From assembly GCA_040954595.2 (NCBI GenBank), contig CM082576.2:18089028-18153027 (forward strand): 64,000 nt of DNA, read 5' to 3'. Both the position numbers and the translations under genes were made by a program. Origin of the DNA: Balanoglossus misakiensis (taxonomy: Eukaryota > Animalia > Hemichordata). The notes below the pieces were generated by a model. It was not told where the DNA came from. It saw only the letters and a program-made list of their open reading frames with translations, and searched no databases. Below are positions 12,901-25,782 of this stretch, piece by piece. Numbering within the stretch: the stretch's first letter is position 1; the number at the start of each line of letters is the position of its first letter.

Positions 12901-15900
12901 TACCATTTGTGCAGACTGTATATAATAAACAATGTTTGACTGAATATATCTTAGGTCATTGAATACTGGGACCACACAGTCAGTTCACACCCATCATGGT
13001 GTTTTGTCAAGTAAACTCTCTCTTTAAAGCCCAGTAACAGCCACTTTTCATGACCCTTTTCACTGTTTTTGTATCAATTGAAAATTCTTGTTCTCCCCTC
13101 AAAAGCATGTTTATTCAAACAGTATTCAGCTTGTAAACTTGTATACTGCATTGTTATTGTTGACAAGAATGTCAGCAATAACTGCAGTTTCCATGTATAG
13201 ACATTAAATTGCAAAGTTCAATATTGGGTATTATATTATACCAGTATATTGATGGTGTAAATCACGCTATTTGATTGGTCGAGACACGACACGTGACCGT
13301 GATATATTAGCCATATACCACAGTCATATATCATAGTCAAAGAAAATGCCTTTTTAAAATGTTTTATGCAAAGTTTCAATATACTGGCATAATATAATAG
13401 CAATAAAACACCCACAGCCATGGTATACCACTCGATTTTGACCAGTTCAACTCCATATACGCACTCCCTATTGCTCGTGTGTATATGTCATGAACTGGTC
13501 AAAATCTCGTGGTATACCATGCCTGGGGGTGTTTCATTGCTTAATTTGAACATGCTATCAGGAACCAAATGAGAATTTGTAATTGACACACAAAATAAAC
13601 ACAAATACTGAAAAAAATCACCAAAAGTGGCTGATTCTTGGGCCTTTATGTAATTTCACATTACCATTGGCAAAACACTTTTCTTATGCTTCCGAAAGCA
13701 GCTTTATAATAAACACATAACAATCATGAAAGAAGAACAAAGCAGATTTTGATAAACACAAAACTTTAATGACTACTGTGTCATGATTATAAACATCCTT
13801 ATGCAATAAAAATATGAATAAAAACAAGTCCAAAATGGTGTTTATTGATTACTATGCTGAATGAATCTCAAGTCAGAGCTATTAGGCTGAAGCCTACAAA
13901 AGCCAGTTTACAATATCCCTATAAAGATGAAAGACCCATCAATACTTTGTCATGGTAACACAAGGCAGCCGATACAGAACTGAGCATCTTAAATGTACTT
14001 GTACTTGCATGTACAAATGAGAGCTATCATTAGAGTGGACAAGCAGGTGAGACTTAGTCTTGTACACACTCTTAACACCAAAGGTCTTTCCATATTTATT
14101 GCATGTAAATTTGGCAATATGGAATGATCTGTGATGCTGTTGCATGCCCAACTTCGAAGGACATTTTCCCCCCCACAAATATGACATAGGTGAATTTCAT
14201 CTTAGTGTTTAGCTTCATGCCATTTCATACCAAGATAAGATTAGCAGAAAATCCACAAACTTGCGGCGCACAAAACCTCTCTTTGTATGTGAAGATTTAT
14301 GTTCATCAAGCCTCACCCTCTCATGAAAACCTTTACCACAAAAAGAACACCAGTATAGGAAGGTATTTGTATGTACTCTGAAATGTTTGAATAGTCCAGT
14401 ACAAGTCTTAAATGTCTTTTGGCACACATTGCAGACTTTTTGCAAAGTTCAGGGATTGGCTGCTCTGCCACTATCCTCAGAATGGCTTGCCTGGAAAAGA
14501 AAGAAAAAACATAAAGCATCACTTACTATCATATGGTACTCATCACAGGCGTGATGTGGAATGGGTAACTGTGTACCAAATTTACGTTCTTCGACGTTGT
14601 GTAATTTGTAAATAACAGGACGTCAAGGAACACACTGTTGCCTCACTACTAAATCCACAGGTGCTCGTGGACTTGTGCTGTCACAGGGGAGAGCGAATGG
14701 GGGGATCTGCTAGGAGCGATTTCCTTCGCTCCCATTCGCTCTCCCCTGTGACAGCACACGTCCACGAGCACCTGTGATCAAATCCACATAACGGATCACG
14801 CCGAGCACTTATGGACACCGGCCAATGCATGTAGGAATTCACACGGTTTCCAAATTTTGTCGAAGTGATTTAGAAATGCACCGTGCGAGTGTACAAACGG
14901 AAATGTAATACGAGGTACGACTGCGTTCCAGTGTTTACTTACTGTGTACAGTATAGGAAAGTATACCACATGCACACTGTAAATCAAATTTTGGCGAAGA
15001 TCTCTGAAAAAACTACCGCAACTAGTGTATCGAAACTTTACACGGTGGCGCTTTGTTATAATAGTTGTTCGTTGATCATAGTCTTAAATGCGAAAAGGTT
15101 TCCGACTAGGTATAAAGAGAAGAAAATCGTAATACGAGGTACGACTGCGTTCCAGTGTTTACTGTGTACAGTATAGGAAAGTATACCGCATGCACACGGT
15201 AAATCAAATTTTGGCGAAGATCTCTGAAAAAACTACCGCGACTAGTGTATCGAAACTTTACACGGTGGCGCTTTGTTATAATAGTTGTTCGTTGATCATA
15301 GTCTTAAATGCGAAAAGGTTTCTGACTAGGTATAAAGAGAAGAAAATCGCTTACCTGCGACAACTTTCCAAACGGTAATGGCGGACGCGGGGCGCCCCTA
15401 GTGGCGAAAATGTGTATATTGGATGTCACGCTTTAAAGAATCAGACGTAAAACTATACAGAACTATGCTCCACTATAAAGCATTTTCGGCTGTACTTAGT
15501 AGGCTGGATGTCACACTATGTGTTAAACACGTGCTTTACTTGGGGTTTGGATGCTCTACACATAATGTCTATGGAGGGCCTGATGGTGAAGGCCTTGTCA
15601 GATTGTTATTGGAACACAAAGCTGATGTGACCATATCAAACAAGGTAAATACCAACATGACTTCTGCAGGTTAATTCTATCAATGCGGATATATTTTTTC
15701 ATTTGTTTGTGTCTTTGTCTATTTGTTTGTTTGTTTGTTAGTTTGTTCGTTTGTTTGTTTAAGAAAATTTCACATTACATTTCAATTTTGTGACATTATT
15801 CTCATGCTCCTCCTTTATTACTTACAGACAGGAGACACCCCTTTGCATGATGCAGCAAGGCGGGATGGTGGTGAAGGCCTTGTCAGATTGTTATTGGAAC

Positions 15901-17056
15901 ACAAAGCTGATGCTAACATACAAAACAAAGTAAATACCAACCTGACTTCTGCAGGTTTATTCTATCAATGCGGATATATTTATTCATTTATTTGTTTGTT
16001 TGTTTGTTCGTTTAAGGAAATTTCACATTATATTTCAATTTTTGTGACATTATTCTCATGCTCCTCCTTCATTACTTACAGGATGGAGACACTCCTTTGC
16101 ATGATGCAGCAAGGAGGGATGATGGTGAAGCCCTTGTCAGATTGTTATTGGAACAAAAAGCTGATGCTAACATACAAAACAAGGTAAATACCAACCTGAC
16201 CTCTGCAGGTTTATTCTATCAATGCGGATATATTTATTCATTTATTTGTTTGTTTGTTTGTTTAAGGAAATTTCACATTATATTTCAATTTTTGTGACAT
16301 TATTCTCATGCTCCTCCTTCATTACTTACAGGATGGAGACACCCCTTTGCATGATGCAGCAGGGAGGGATGATGGTGAAGCCCTTGTCAGATTGTTATTG
16401 GAACACAAAGCTGATGCTAACATACAAAACAAGGTAAATACCAACCTGACTTTTGCAGGTTAATTCTATCAATGCGGATATATTTATTCATTTATTTGTT
16501 TGTTTGTTTGTTTGTTTGTTTGTTTGTTTGTTTAAGGAAATTTCACATTAGATTTCAATTTTTGTAACATTATTCTCATGCTCCTCCTTCATTACTTATA
16601 GGATGCGGATATATTTATTCATTTATTTGTTTGTTTGTTTGTTTGTTTGTTTGTTTGTTTAAGGAAATTTCACATTAGATTTCAATTTTTGTAACATTAT
16701 TCTCATGCTCCTCCTTCATTACTTATAGGATGGAGACACCCCTTTGCATTATGCAGCAAGGTTTCGTGATGAAGGACCTGTCAGATTGTTATTGGAACAC
16801 AAAGCCGATGCTAACATACAAAACAAGGTAAATACCAACCTGACTTCTGCAGGTTTATTCTGTCAATGCGGATATATTTATTCATTTATTTGTTTGTTTG
16901 TTTGTTTAAGTAAATTTCACATTATATTTCAATTTTTGTGACATTATTCTCATGCTCCTCCTTCATTACTTACAGAATGGAGACACTCCTTTGCATGATG
17001 CAGCAAGGAGGGATGGTGGTGAAGCCCTTGTCAGATTGTTATTGGAACACAAAGCT
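6923..17056 (+). CDS. Ankyrin-repeat exon cluster B: 6923-7021, 7835-7933, 8095-8196, 11007-15644 (split by a transposon), 15828-15929, 16082-16183, 16332-16433, 16729-16827 and truncated 16976-17056
   Basis: Same cassette structure (…ttacttacag|exon|gtaaataccaac…) and ankyrin translations as cluster A. Confidence 0.92.
13235..13544. mobile_element. Crypton-like non-autonomous hairpin element; related copy at ~33181-33752
   Basis: A long terminal palindrome (agcaataaaacacc…gccatggtataccac…gtggtataccatg…tgttt(t/c)attgct) is shared by both sites, preceded by a gattgg(t/a)cgaga motif. The family name is inferred from architecture. Confidence 0.55.
13939..14560 (-). pseudogene. Degenerate C2H2 zinc-finger array carried inside the 11052-15582 element
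   Basis: CNVCQKTFKTCTGLFKHFRVH-TNTFLY-WCSFCGKGFHERVRLDEHKSSH, plus further broken fingers (…LGMQQHHRSFH…FTCNKYGKTF…SHLLVH) across frameshifts. Confidence 0.8.
14656..14776. mobile_element. 121-bp hairpin MITE with CACAG termini and 3-bp TSD (ATC), EnSpm/CACTA-like
   Basis: cacaggtgctcgtggac…gtccacgagcacctgtg with ~45-bp arms, flanked by atc on both sides. Confidence 0.7.
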
Positions 17057-18562
17057 TGTCGATTGTATCTGTTGATGTGGAGACAGAATCAGTGTGGGCT
17101 CCCTCAACGTCTGGTTCAGTCCCATCAATCAATCAATCAATCAACAAAGTTTATATAGCGCCAAAATCCCCCATGCACTACAGTTGTAGTCGTTATAGTA
17201 GGGTTTTCCTTCAAGATGAAACCAGACACGCTCTCAGTGCCCTTGTAATCAGGGATGTCTTTCAGAACTTCGTTATAGGTCGTTTCGTATAACTGCATTA
17301 CGGTTAACTCTAACGAGGATTCTGTTTCAGTCATTCTAGTTTCAGATTTAGCATCAGCGCCAGTATCTTCTGTGACATCTGTTGACATTTTTGAATAACT
17401 GGTGTCAGTAACATCAGAGCTAACATGGTCTGTATACCCAGGTGTATTCGACACTGGTTCACCTGTAATGTAAAACCCACAAGATATAACTGGTTTAGGA
17501 TAAGTGGTATTCAAAGAAGCGTTGGGTCACAAAAGGGCGCCATGTTTACTTCGGCTTGTATTAGTGATTCATTGAAGTCTGTTAGGTCCATATCTGACAA
17601 GAAACTGCCACGCTGAATATTGCAATTTCTGGTAACATCATTCATTCAAACTGCAATAAATCGATGGTGCAGATCGGATACACCTCTTAGTAAAACGGGT
17701 TTCCCGTTTATTTTTGGAGGACGTTTACACTTATTTTGTCTGCCGGTAATGTGGATAATGTAACGTTCTCGCGACGAAGGTTTTATTAGACACGCAAGAG
17801 AGAACCAATACAAGAAGTGGCGATGCAGTTCTTTTCTGAGATGGCGACATTTCAGTACTTGCATGTCGCAACCGTTCGTGACTCAAGTTACATCTATTTA
17901 GAGTTCAACATATTAACAAACATGATACAATTATTACGCCACAACTTTGCAATACAATGAAACTGCACACAACACCACATTTAGATTGTGCAAAAACAGA
18001 CCTACAGTAGCCCACAAATATAAATAATCTCAATTCAGCGCGGACTTTTTCATCAACAGTTCCAGTTTTACCTAGTGTGAACATGGTATCAGTCTACAGT
18101 TTGGTTCAGTGGTTCAACCACATGCAGTAAAAACCTGTCGAAATGGAACATGCCATATCTGGAAAACTGTCTATAATGAACACATTTTCCTGTCCCCTTG
18201 ACATAGAACCACGTGTTAAAAGAACCTTTACAAACCGGAAACATCTGTAAACTGAACAATTTCTTCTGTCCCTTTGTTGTTCGGATTAGACGGGTTTTAC
18301 TGTACATGTGTTTTGGTCATAGAGAATTGTCACTCAACCTTAGTAAATACCATTATTATGATCTTTCATATTCAAATCTATATCAGTCTATTACTGAAAT
18401 AACACACCATCGTAATCAAAACCATTATTACAATAGTGACTGAAGCTCATTGTGATGAAATTCCTAGAGTTTCTTCATCAAAAGATCAAGCAGTTGACTC
18501 ACATTGCAAGTATCAGATTTGTGATGTCATTTTTATGCCAACATTAAACGTCTTTATTCCAG

Positions 18563-21500
18563 AATGATTCAACAGCATTGCATGCAGCGTCCTTCAAAGG
18601 TAAATTGGATGCTGTCAGGGTGTTGATTAGCCATGGTGCAGATGTCAATGCGAAGGATGAGGTACGTGAACTGACTTATCACTTTATTATGGATAACATG
18701 GCCACACAATTGGATAATAAAAAAAATGCCTTTGAAAAAGACCTAATTACAACACTCTTATTTTCATCCTAAATTACTTTGCATGATCCAAATTCAATGG
18801 GAAGAAACAAGCTAACCCTGAACAAGAAGAGGGAAAGGCCAAAAAGTATTACCCATACTGATTTAGTTTTACTAACCATGATACCCTTGGGATCCAGCCA
18901 TAGGAAGGACAGTGGGACACATTGCACTCTAAATTTAACAATCTTTACAATTTAGCCAAAGATGTTGAACCATAGTGTATTTGACACATTTGTTCCGAAT
19001 GAATAAATATGTTCCAGAAAGTAAATTTTGATGGATTTTTTTGTGTTTCACCAAAGTTAACAAATTTTTATTTTTTTTCAAGCCATCTCTGAAATTTTGC
19101 TGGCAATCTTTTTTTAAATCTTCCAGATCCCCTCCATCCTTAGTTAAGCTATGGAGTCTAAAACATCCAATGTTAAAAACTATATGACCAGTCAAAGCGT
19201 TTTCCTCGCTGTTAGAATCAATTGAGATTCTTCACCGTCATTCTTTGATCTGTATTCATTTTAACAGTCGGCAATTTTCATTTTGTGTGTAGAAGGACTG
19301 TGGATTATCCTTTCATATCAGTCAGTATGCCATTCTTGGTTGTTTTTTGCAATATGGCTGATACTTTTGATATTTGTTTATTTATTTATTTGTAGGTTTG
19401 TTTGTTTGTTTAAAGAAACCTCATATTACATTTCAATTTTGGTGACATTGTTCCCATGCTTCTCCTTCATTACTTACAGGATGGAGTCACCCCTTTGAAT
19501 GATGCAGCAGGGTTTGGTGGTGAAGGCTGTGTCAGATTGTTATTGGAACACAAAGCTGATGTTACCATACAAACCCAGGTAAATACCAACTTGACTTCTG
19601 CAGGTTAATCTATCAGTATGGAATGATTTATTCATTTATTTTTTGTTTGTTTGTTTGTTTGTTTTTTGTTTAAGGAAAATTACACATTACGTTTAATTTT
19701 TGTGACATTGTTCTCATGCTCCTCCTTCATTACTTACAGTGGGGAGACACCCCTTTGCACTCTGCAGCAAGGAGGGATGTTGGTGAAGGCCGTGTCAGAT
19801 TGTTATTGGAACACAAAGCTGATGTAACCATACAAAACAAGGTAAATACCAACCTGACTTCTGCAGGTAAATTCTAAAAGTATGAGCTTTCTCAATAGTG
19901 CCATTTCCTCTGTAGTTTTCTTAGTAAATTGTGTCTGGGATACAATGTATATATTTGTCCATTGCCCTTTGAATCAAAACTACTCCCTCCATTGGTCAGG
20001 TGTTGTACAGATAGACTGATGACAGTCCATGCCAATCCTATCACAGAACGTATCAGATAGGGTGATTGTCTGTCGGCCTCCAGCATCTGCCAACTCCTGT
20101 CTGGTACCTAATACAATTCATCATAAGGAGGTGCCATATAATTTGTCACTGTCCTTTGAATCAAAACTACTTCCTCTCGGCCACGTGTTGTCCAGACACA
20201 GGCAAGTATTGATTCATTATGGTGATGTGATTGTCTCTCCTATATCTGAGACATTTGATCTCCACTGTGAGCAATTTGGAGTTATGAGAAAGGGGGATTG
20301 TCTCCAGCATCTGCCAAAAACTGTCTTGTTGAACATAAGGATGTTGTTGTTTATTGCATTGTTTATCATCAATCTTTTGTGGTTTAAATAATAATCTCAT
20401 TATTGGCACAGCGATTTCTGTCTGTCCTTCTGTAGACAGATTTTGTTCCACTCATATCTTGAGAGAAATTGAATCCAATGATATGAAATTTTGTATGTAG
20501 CATTGTTATGATAAGTTCTAGATCTGATAAGATTTTGGTGGGTATGGCTTATTAATAAATTCTCCTTTGCATATTTGTGTGTGGTCGAACGTTGATTCAC
20601 TACATACACATGTAGAATAACATAAACAGTGTCTTGTATCAAACATAATTAATGGAAAAAGGGAAGCGAGAGAGAGAGAGACTTTGTCCCTTTAATATTC
20701 AGGAGTTTACTTTTCTTGTATACGTACACTCTTATAACGATTGTAAATCTTGAGAATGGCTATCAAGTTGACAACCCTCGCACAAGTACATCATGTACAT
20801 AAACAAAAATAGTCTGGTTTGTGGAGCCTCCTCCCTTTTTTACATGAAGTACTTTCACAATATTTTTATGCAATCAGTCCACACTCATGCTCAGTTTTGT
20901 GTCAGAATTATAGTCATAGCAACATTTCGAGTAAGACTTTACCAGAAGAACTTGTTTTCATTGCGGCTCTGATTGGGGCCGTTTTAAACTGGGGTTTGTT
21001 TGGCAACTTTTAGGACCGAAAGACGGATGCGCAGCCATGGTCACATCACACATGTCAAGTTGGGGACTTGCTGGGGGCAGGGGTGCTTGTTGACGGTGCC
21101 GAGAGGAGTCGGCCAGTTTTAGCTTGTACTTTAGGCTGAATAGCACAGTGCCAACCCAATTTACCTTTTATAAACTTTATACAATATAATACATTTTAAC
21201 ATTAAATTGTTCAGTCGGATGATTTTTTTCATCATTCTGAGCAACACAGCGGCAGCATTTGGATTGCTCTTTCTCTTGGAAATAGCTCAAGCTTATAAAA
21301 CATGAGGTCTGTGCGGCTCCACTCCTCAGCTTCTCATCACTGTCTGTCACTTACCCAATCATTTCAAAGGGGGTGATCAAGATGGCCAGAACAGCCAGTT
21401 TTAACCAACCAGGTTCCAGAACCTGAGAGAAGGTGCTAAAACCATGCAATAGATATATTGATGAGATAAACATTGGGAACAATAGGATTAAGGGAAGTGT

Positions 21501-24500
21501 GACTGGTCCAATCTGTTCTGTTTTAGTGTGGGGCACGGCTGGAATGGTTACACAAATGTCCTTTAAAGTTAGTGCTACTGTGGCTTTCAATGGTATCTCT
21601 TATGAAGAGTTTTGATAATTTTGTTTGTTCTTTATATTTCATGAAAAGAATGACTGCATTCATTGCATTTAATTTAGTTTGCCACACATTCCCATTGGCC
21701 ACAGTGTCCACTGAAGTCTTTCTTTGGTTATTAGACTTTTTGATGCAGTGCGATGGAGAAAGGGAATCAGTGTTAACTTTCTTTAGATGGATTTTTTTTT
21801 CGGTGAAATTCAAGTGTTTTTATTTAAACACTATTTCTACAAATAACTAGTGACACCATTGCACAACTCTACTTGATATTGTTGGACCACTCAGCAGAAA
21901 TTTATTTTAATGATGATTGATTTATCCCTTGTCACATACAATTTCTCTGTTATTTCCCCTTTGATCGACATCGTTCAGTCTGCACAGCTTGGCTACTTTG
22001 TGCTGAGAACAGTCTGATGCCCTCCTACAGGAAATAAACATAGTTTGGTTAGCTCAGATGTTTGATCTGTTTCCACATAAATCTCCACATATCTCAAATT
22101 TGTCATCATATTGGAGATGAGATGTGATTATTCAAAATTCTTCTGATAATTCTACTAAATGTCACTGTAGTTGTTTGCTAAATCTTCTTCTATATTGTGC
22201 AGGTTGCAAAAATAAATTGGTCCCATTCAGGAAATGTTCACTAACATCACATCACTGTCAGTTTTTTGATAGAAAATCATAAATAAAGTTCAGTTTAAAA
22301 TTGGTGTATTGGTTATCCGTAATGTTATCTGTTTTGCAAGTTGTCAAATTTGAGTTTGTTTGTGAATTATTTATAGTAACTTTTCTTTCTGTATCAACTG
22401 GCAGATATTTTGTCAGAATTCTTTTAGCTTGTTAAAATGCATGTATAAAACTGAATTACACATCTTGTGTGTAGAGTCGATACTGTTTCTGTTCAAATGC
22501 CATTTACTGTTGGTTAATATTATCCACAAGGGAGTTTGCGATTATTTGTCGTTTGTGTGTTTGTTCGATCGTTCATTTTAACAAAATAACCTCATGTTAC
22601 ATTTCATTTTTCTTGACATTCTCATCATGCTCCTCCTTCATTACTTACAGGATGGCGACACCCCTTTGCATTATGCAGTAAGAGGGTGTCGTGGTCAAGG
22701 CCTTGTCAGATTTTTATTGGAACACAAAGCTGATGTGACCATACCAAACAAGGTAAATACCAACATGACTTCTGCAGGTTAATTCTATCAATGCAGATAT
22801 ATTTATTCATTTGTTTGTGTTTTTGTCTATTTGTTTGTTTGTTTGTTAGTTTGTTTGTTTGTTTAAGGAAATTTCACATTACATTTCAATTTTGTGACAT
22901 TATTCTCATGCTCTTCCTTCATTACTTACAGACAGGAGACACCCCTTTGCATTATGCGGCAAGGAGGGATGGTGGTGAAGGCCTTGTCAGATTGTTATTG
23001 GAACACAAAGCTGATGTGACCATACAAAACGAGGTAAATACCAACTTGACTTCTGCAGGTTAATTCTATCAATGCGGATATATTTATTCATTTTATTGTG
23101 TGTTTGTCTATTTGTTTGTTTGTTTGTTTCGTTAAGGAAATATCACATTATATTTCAATTTTGTGACATTATTCTCATGCTCCTCCTTCATTACTTACAG
23201 ACAGGAGACACCCCTTTGCATGATGCGGCAAGGAGGGATGGTGGTGAAGGCCTTGTCAGATTGTTATTGGAACACAAAGCTGATGCTAACATACAAAACA
23301 AGGTAAATACCAACCTGACTTCTGCAGGTTTATTCTATCAATGCGGATATATTTATTCATTTATTTGTTTGTTTGTTTGTTTGTTTGTTTGTTTAAGGAA
23401 ATTTCACATTATATTTCAATTTTTGTGACATTATTCTCATGCTCCTCCTTCATTACTTACAGGATGGAGACACTCCTTTGCATTATGCAGCAAGGAGGGA
23501 TTGTGGTGAAGGCCTTGTCAGATTGTTATTGGAACACAAAGCTGATGCTAACATACAAAACAAGGTAAATACCAACCTGACTTCAGCAGGTTTATTCTAT
23601 CAATGCGGATATATTTATTCATTTATTTGTTTGTTTGTTTGTTTGTTTGTTTAAGGAAATTTCACATTATATTTCAATTTTTGTGACATTATTCTCATGC
23701 TCCTCCTTCATTACTTACAGGATGGAGACACCCCTTTGCATTATGCAGCAAGGTTTCGTGATGAAGGACGTGTCAGATTGTTATTGGAACACAAAGCTGA
23801 TGCTAACATACAAAACAAGGTAAATACCAACCTGACTTCTATAGGTTAATTCTGAAAGTATTGAAATATTTTTTTGTTTTTTTTTGTTTAAGGAAATTTC
23901 ACATTATATTTCAATTTTTGTGACATTATTCTCATGCTCCTCCTTCATTACTTATAGGATGGAGACACTCCTTTGCATTATGCAGCAAGGGATGATGATG
24001 AAGGCCATGTCAGATTGTTATTGGAACACAAAGCTGATGTGACCATACAAAACAAGGTAAATACCAACCTGACTTCTGCAGGTTTATTCTATCAATGCGG
24101 ATATATTTATTCATTTATTTGGTTGTTTGTTTGTTTAAGGAAATTTCACATTATATTTCAATTTTTGTGACATTATTCTCATGCTCTTCCTTCATTACTT
24201 ACAGACAGGAGACACCCCTTTGCATTATGCGGCAAGGAGGGATGGTGGTGAAGGCCTTGTCAGATTGTTATTGGAACACAAAGCTGATGTGACCATACAA
24301 AACGAGGTAAATACCAACTTGACTTCTGCAGGTTAATTCTATCAATGCGGATATATTTATTCATTTTATTGTGTGTTTGTCTATTTGTTTGTTTGTTTGT
24401 TTCGTTAAGGAAATATCACATTATATTTCAATTTTGTGACATTATTCTCATGCTCCTCCTTCATTACTTACAGACAGGAGACACCCCTTTGCATGATGCG

Positions 24501-25543
24501 GCAAGGAGGGATGGTGGTGAAGGCCTTGTCAGATTGTTATTGGAACACAAAGCTGATGCTAACATACAAAACAAGGTAAATACCAACCTGACTTCTGCAG
24601 GTTTATTCTATCAATGCGGATATATTTATTCATTTATTTGTTTGTTTGTTTGTTTGTTTGTTTAAGGAAATTTCACATTATATTTCAATTTTTGTGACAT
24701 TATTCTCATGCTCCTCCTTCATTACTTACAGGATGGAGACGCTCCTTTGCATTATGCAGCAAGGAGGGATTGTGGTGAAGGCCTTGTCAGATTGTTATTG
24801 GAACACAAAGCTGATGCCAACATACAAAACAAGGTAAATACCAACCTGACTTCAGCAGGTTTATTCTATCAATGCGGATATATTTATTCATTTATTTGTT
24901 TGTTTGTTTGTTTGTTTGTTTAAGGTAATTTCACATTAGATTTCAATTTTTGTGACATTATTCTCATGCTCCTCCTTCATTACTTACAGGATGGAGACAC
25001 CCCTTTGCATTATGCAGCAAGGTTTCGTGATGAAGGACGTGTCAGATTGTTATTGGAACACAAAGCTGATGCCAACATACAAAACAAGGTAAATACCAAC
25101 CTGACTTCAGCAGGTTTATTCTATCAATGCGGATATATTTATTCATTTATTTGTTTGTTTGTTTGTTTGTTTGTTTAAGGTAATTTCACATTAGATTTCA
25201 ATTTTTGTGACATTATTCTCATGCTCCTCCTTCATTACTTACAGGATGGAGACACCCCTTTGCATTATGCAGCAAGGTTTCGTGATGAAGGACGTGTCAG
25301 ATTGTTATTGGAACACAAAGCTGATGCTAACATACAAAACAAGGTAAATACCAACCTGACTTCTATAGGTTAATTCTGAAAGTATTGAAATATTTTTTTG
25401 TTTTTTTTGTTTAAGGAAATTTCACATTATATTTCAATTTTTGTGACATTATTTTCATGCTCCTCCTTCATTACTTATAGGATGGAGACACTCCTTTGCA
25501 TTATGCAGCAAGGGATGATGATGAAGGCAATTATGGAATAAAG
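18563..25543 (+). CDS. Ankyrin-repeat exon cluster C: 18563-18661, 19480-19578, 19740-19841, 22651-22752, 22932-23033, 23201-23302, 23463-23564, 23721-23819, 23958-24056, 24205-24306, 24474-24575, 24732-24833, 24990-25088, 25245-25343 and truncated 25481-25543
   Basis: Fourteen full phase-0 exons with open ankyrin repeats and canonical AG/GT, plus a final half repeat (DGDTPLHYAARDDDEG) fused to unrelated sequence. Confidence 0.93.
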
Positions 25544-25782
25544 GTAAAGATGAAACTCAGAAAGGGCACAGTGCATATATTACAATATTTTTTTTATTAC
25601 TAAGCAGTGCATCAGTGAATTAGGTGGTGCAATATTGTGAATGAAATTAAAGTAAAGATGAATGGCACAGTATATATATTTGTGAAACATTTATCTCTTT
25701 TTGTTTTTATCCAGATTTAGGGACTGATTGAATATAATATGATTGATGACTTTATATTCTTCTTCATGTCTTTCTTTAATAG

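Larger units (their letters stand above)
11052..15582. mobile_element. Non-autonomous DNA transposon, 4531 bp, with 768-bp TIRs and 5-bp TSD (ATGGT), inserted into an ankyrin exon
   Basis: Termini are caggccctccatagac…gtctatggagggcctg. TIRs 11052-11819 and 14815-15582 are nearly identical. ATGGT lies at 11047-11051 and 15583-15587. The empty site is seen in copies A (4308 exon) and C (22651 exon). Each TIR contains a ~220-bp tandem duplication. Confidence 0.93.
5409..17056. repeat. Middle copy of a tandem segmental duplication (copy A <1-5408, copy B 5409-17056, copy C from 17057)
   Basis: The junction gaacacaaagct|tgtcgattgtatc is identical at 5408/5409 and 17056/17057. Unique intronic sequence recurs near-identically, e.g. 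aagaacctttacaaaccgg at 1, 6574 and 18220, and the ORF track repeats the same ORFs three times. Confidence 0.95.

Noticed and set aside
11184-15378. Identical ORFs on opposite strands (MHTVNQILAKISEK…)
   Set aside because: They are translations of the TIRs and their internal 220-bp duplication, with no domain features.
4251-25178. ORF-track proteins of the form MLLLHYLQ…ankyrin…VNTNLTSAG as standalone genes
   Set aside because: The flanking residues are read-through into introns; only the AG/GT-bounded 99 or 102-nt part is coding.
4308-25343. CRISPR-like or RSS-guided (V(D)J-like) rearrangement of the ankyrin cassettes by the nearby RAG-like transposase
   Set aside because: The units are spliced exons plus introns, not repeat-spacer arrays. 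No CACAGTG heptamer/nonamer pairs flank the exons, the transposase is pseudogenised, and homologous unequal crossover explains the observed junctions.
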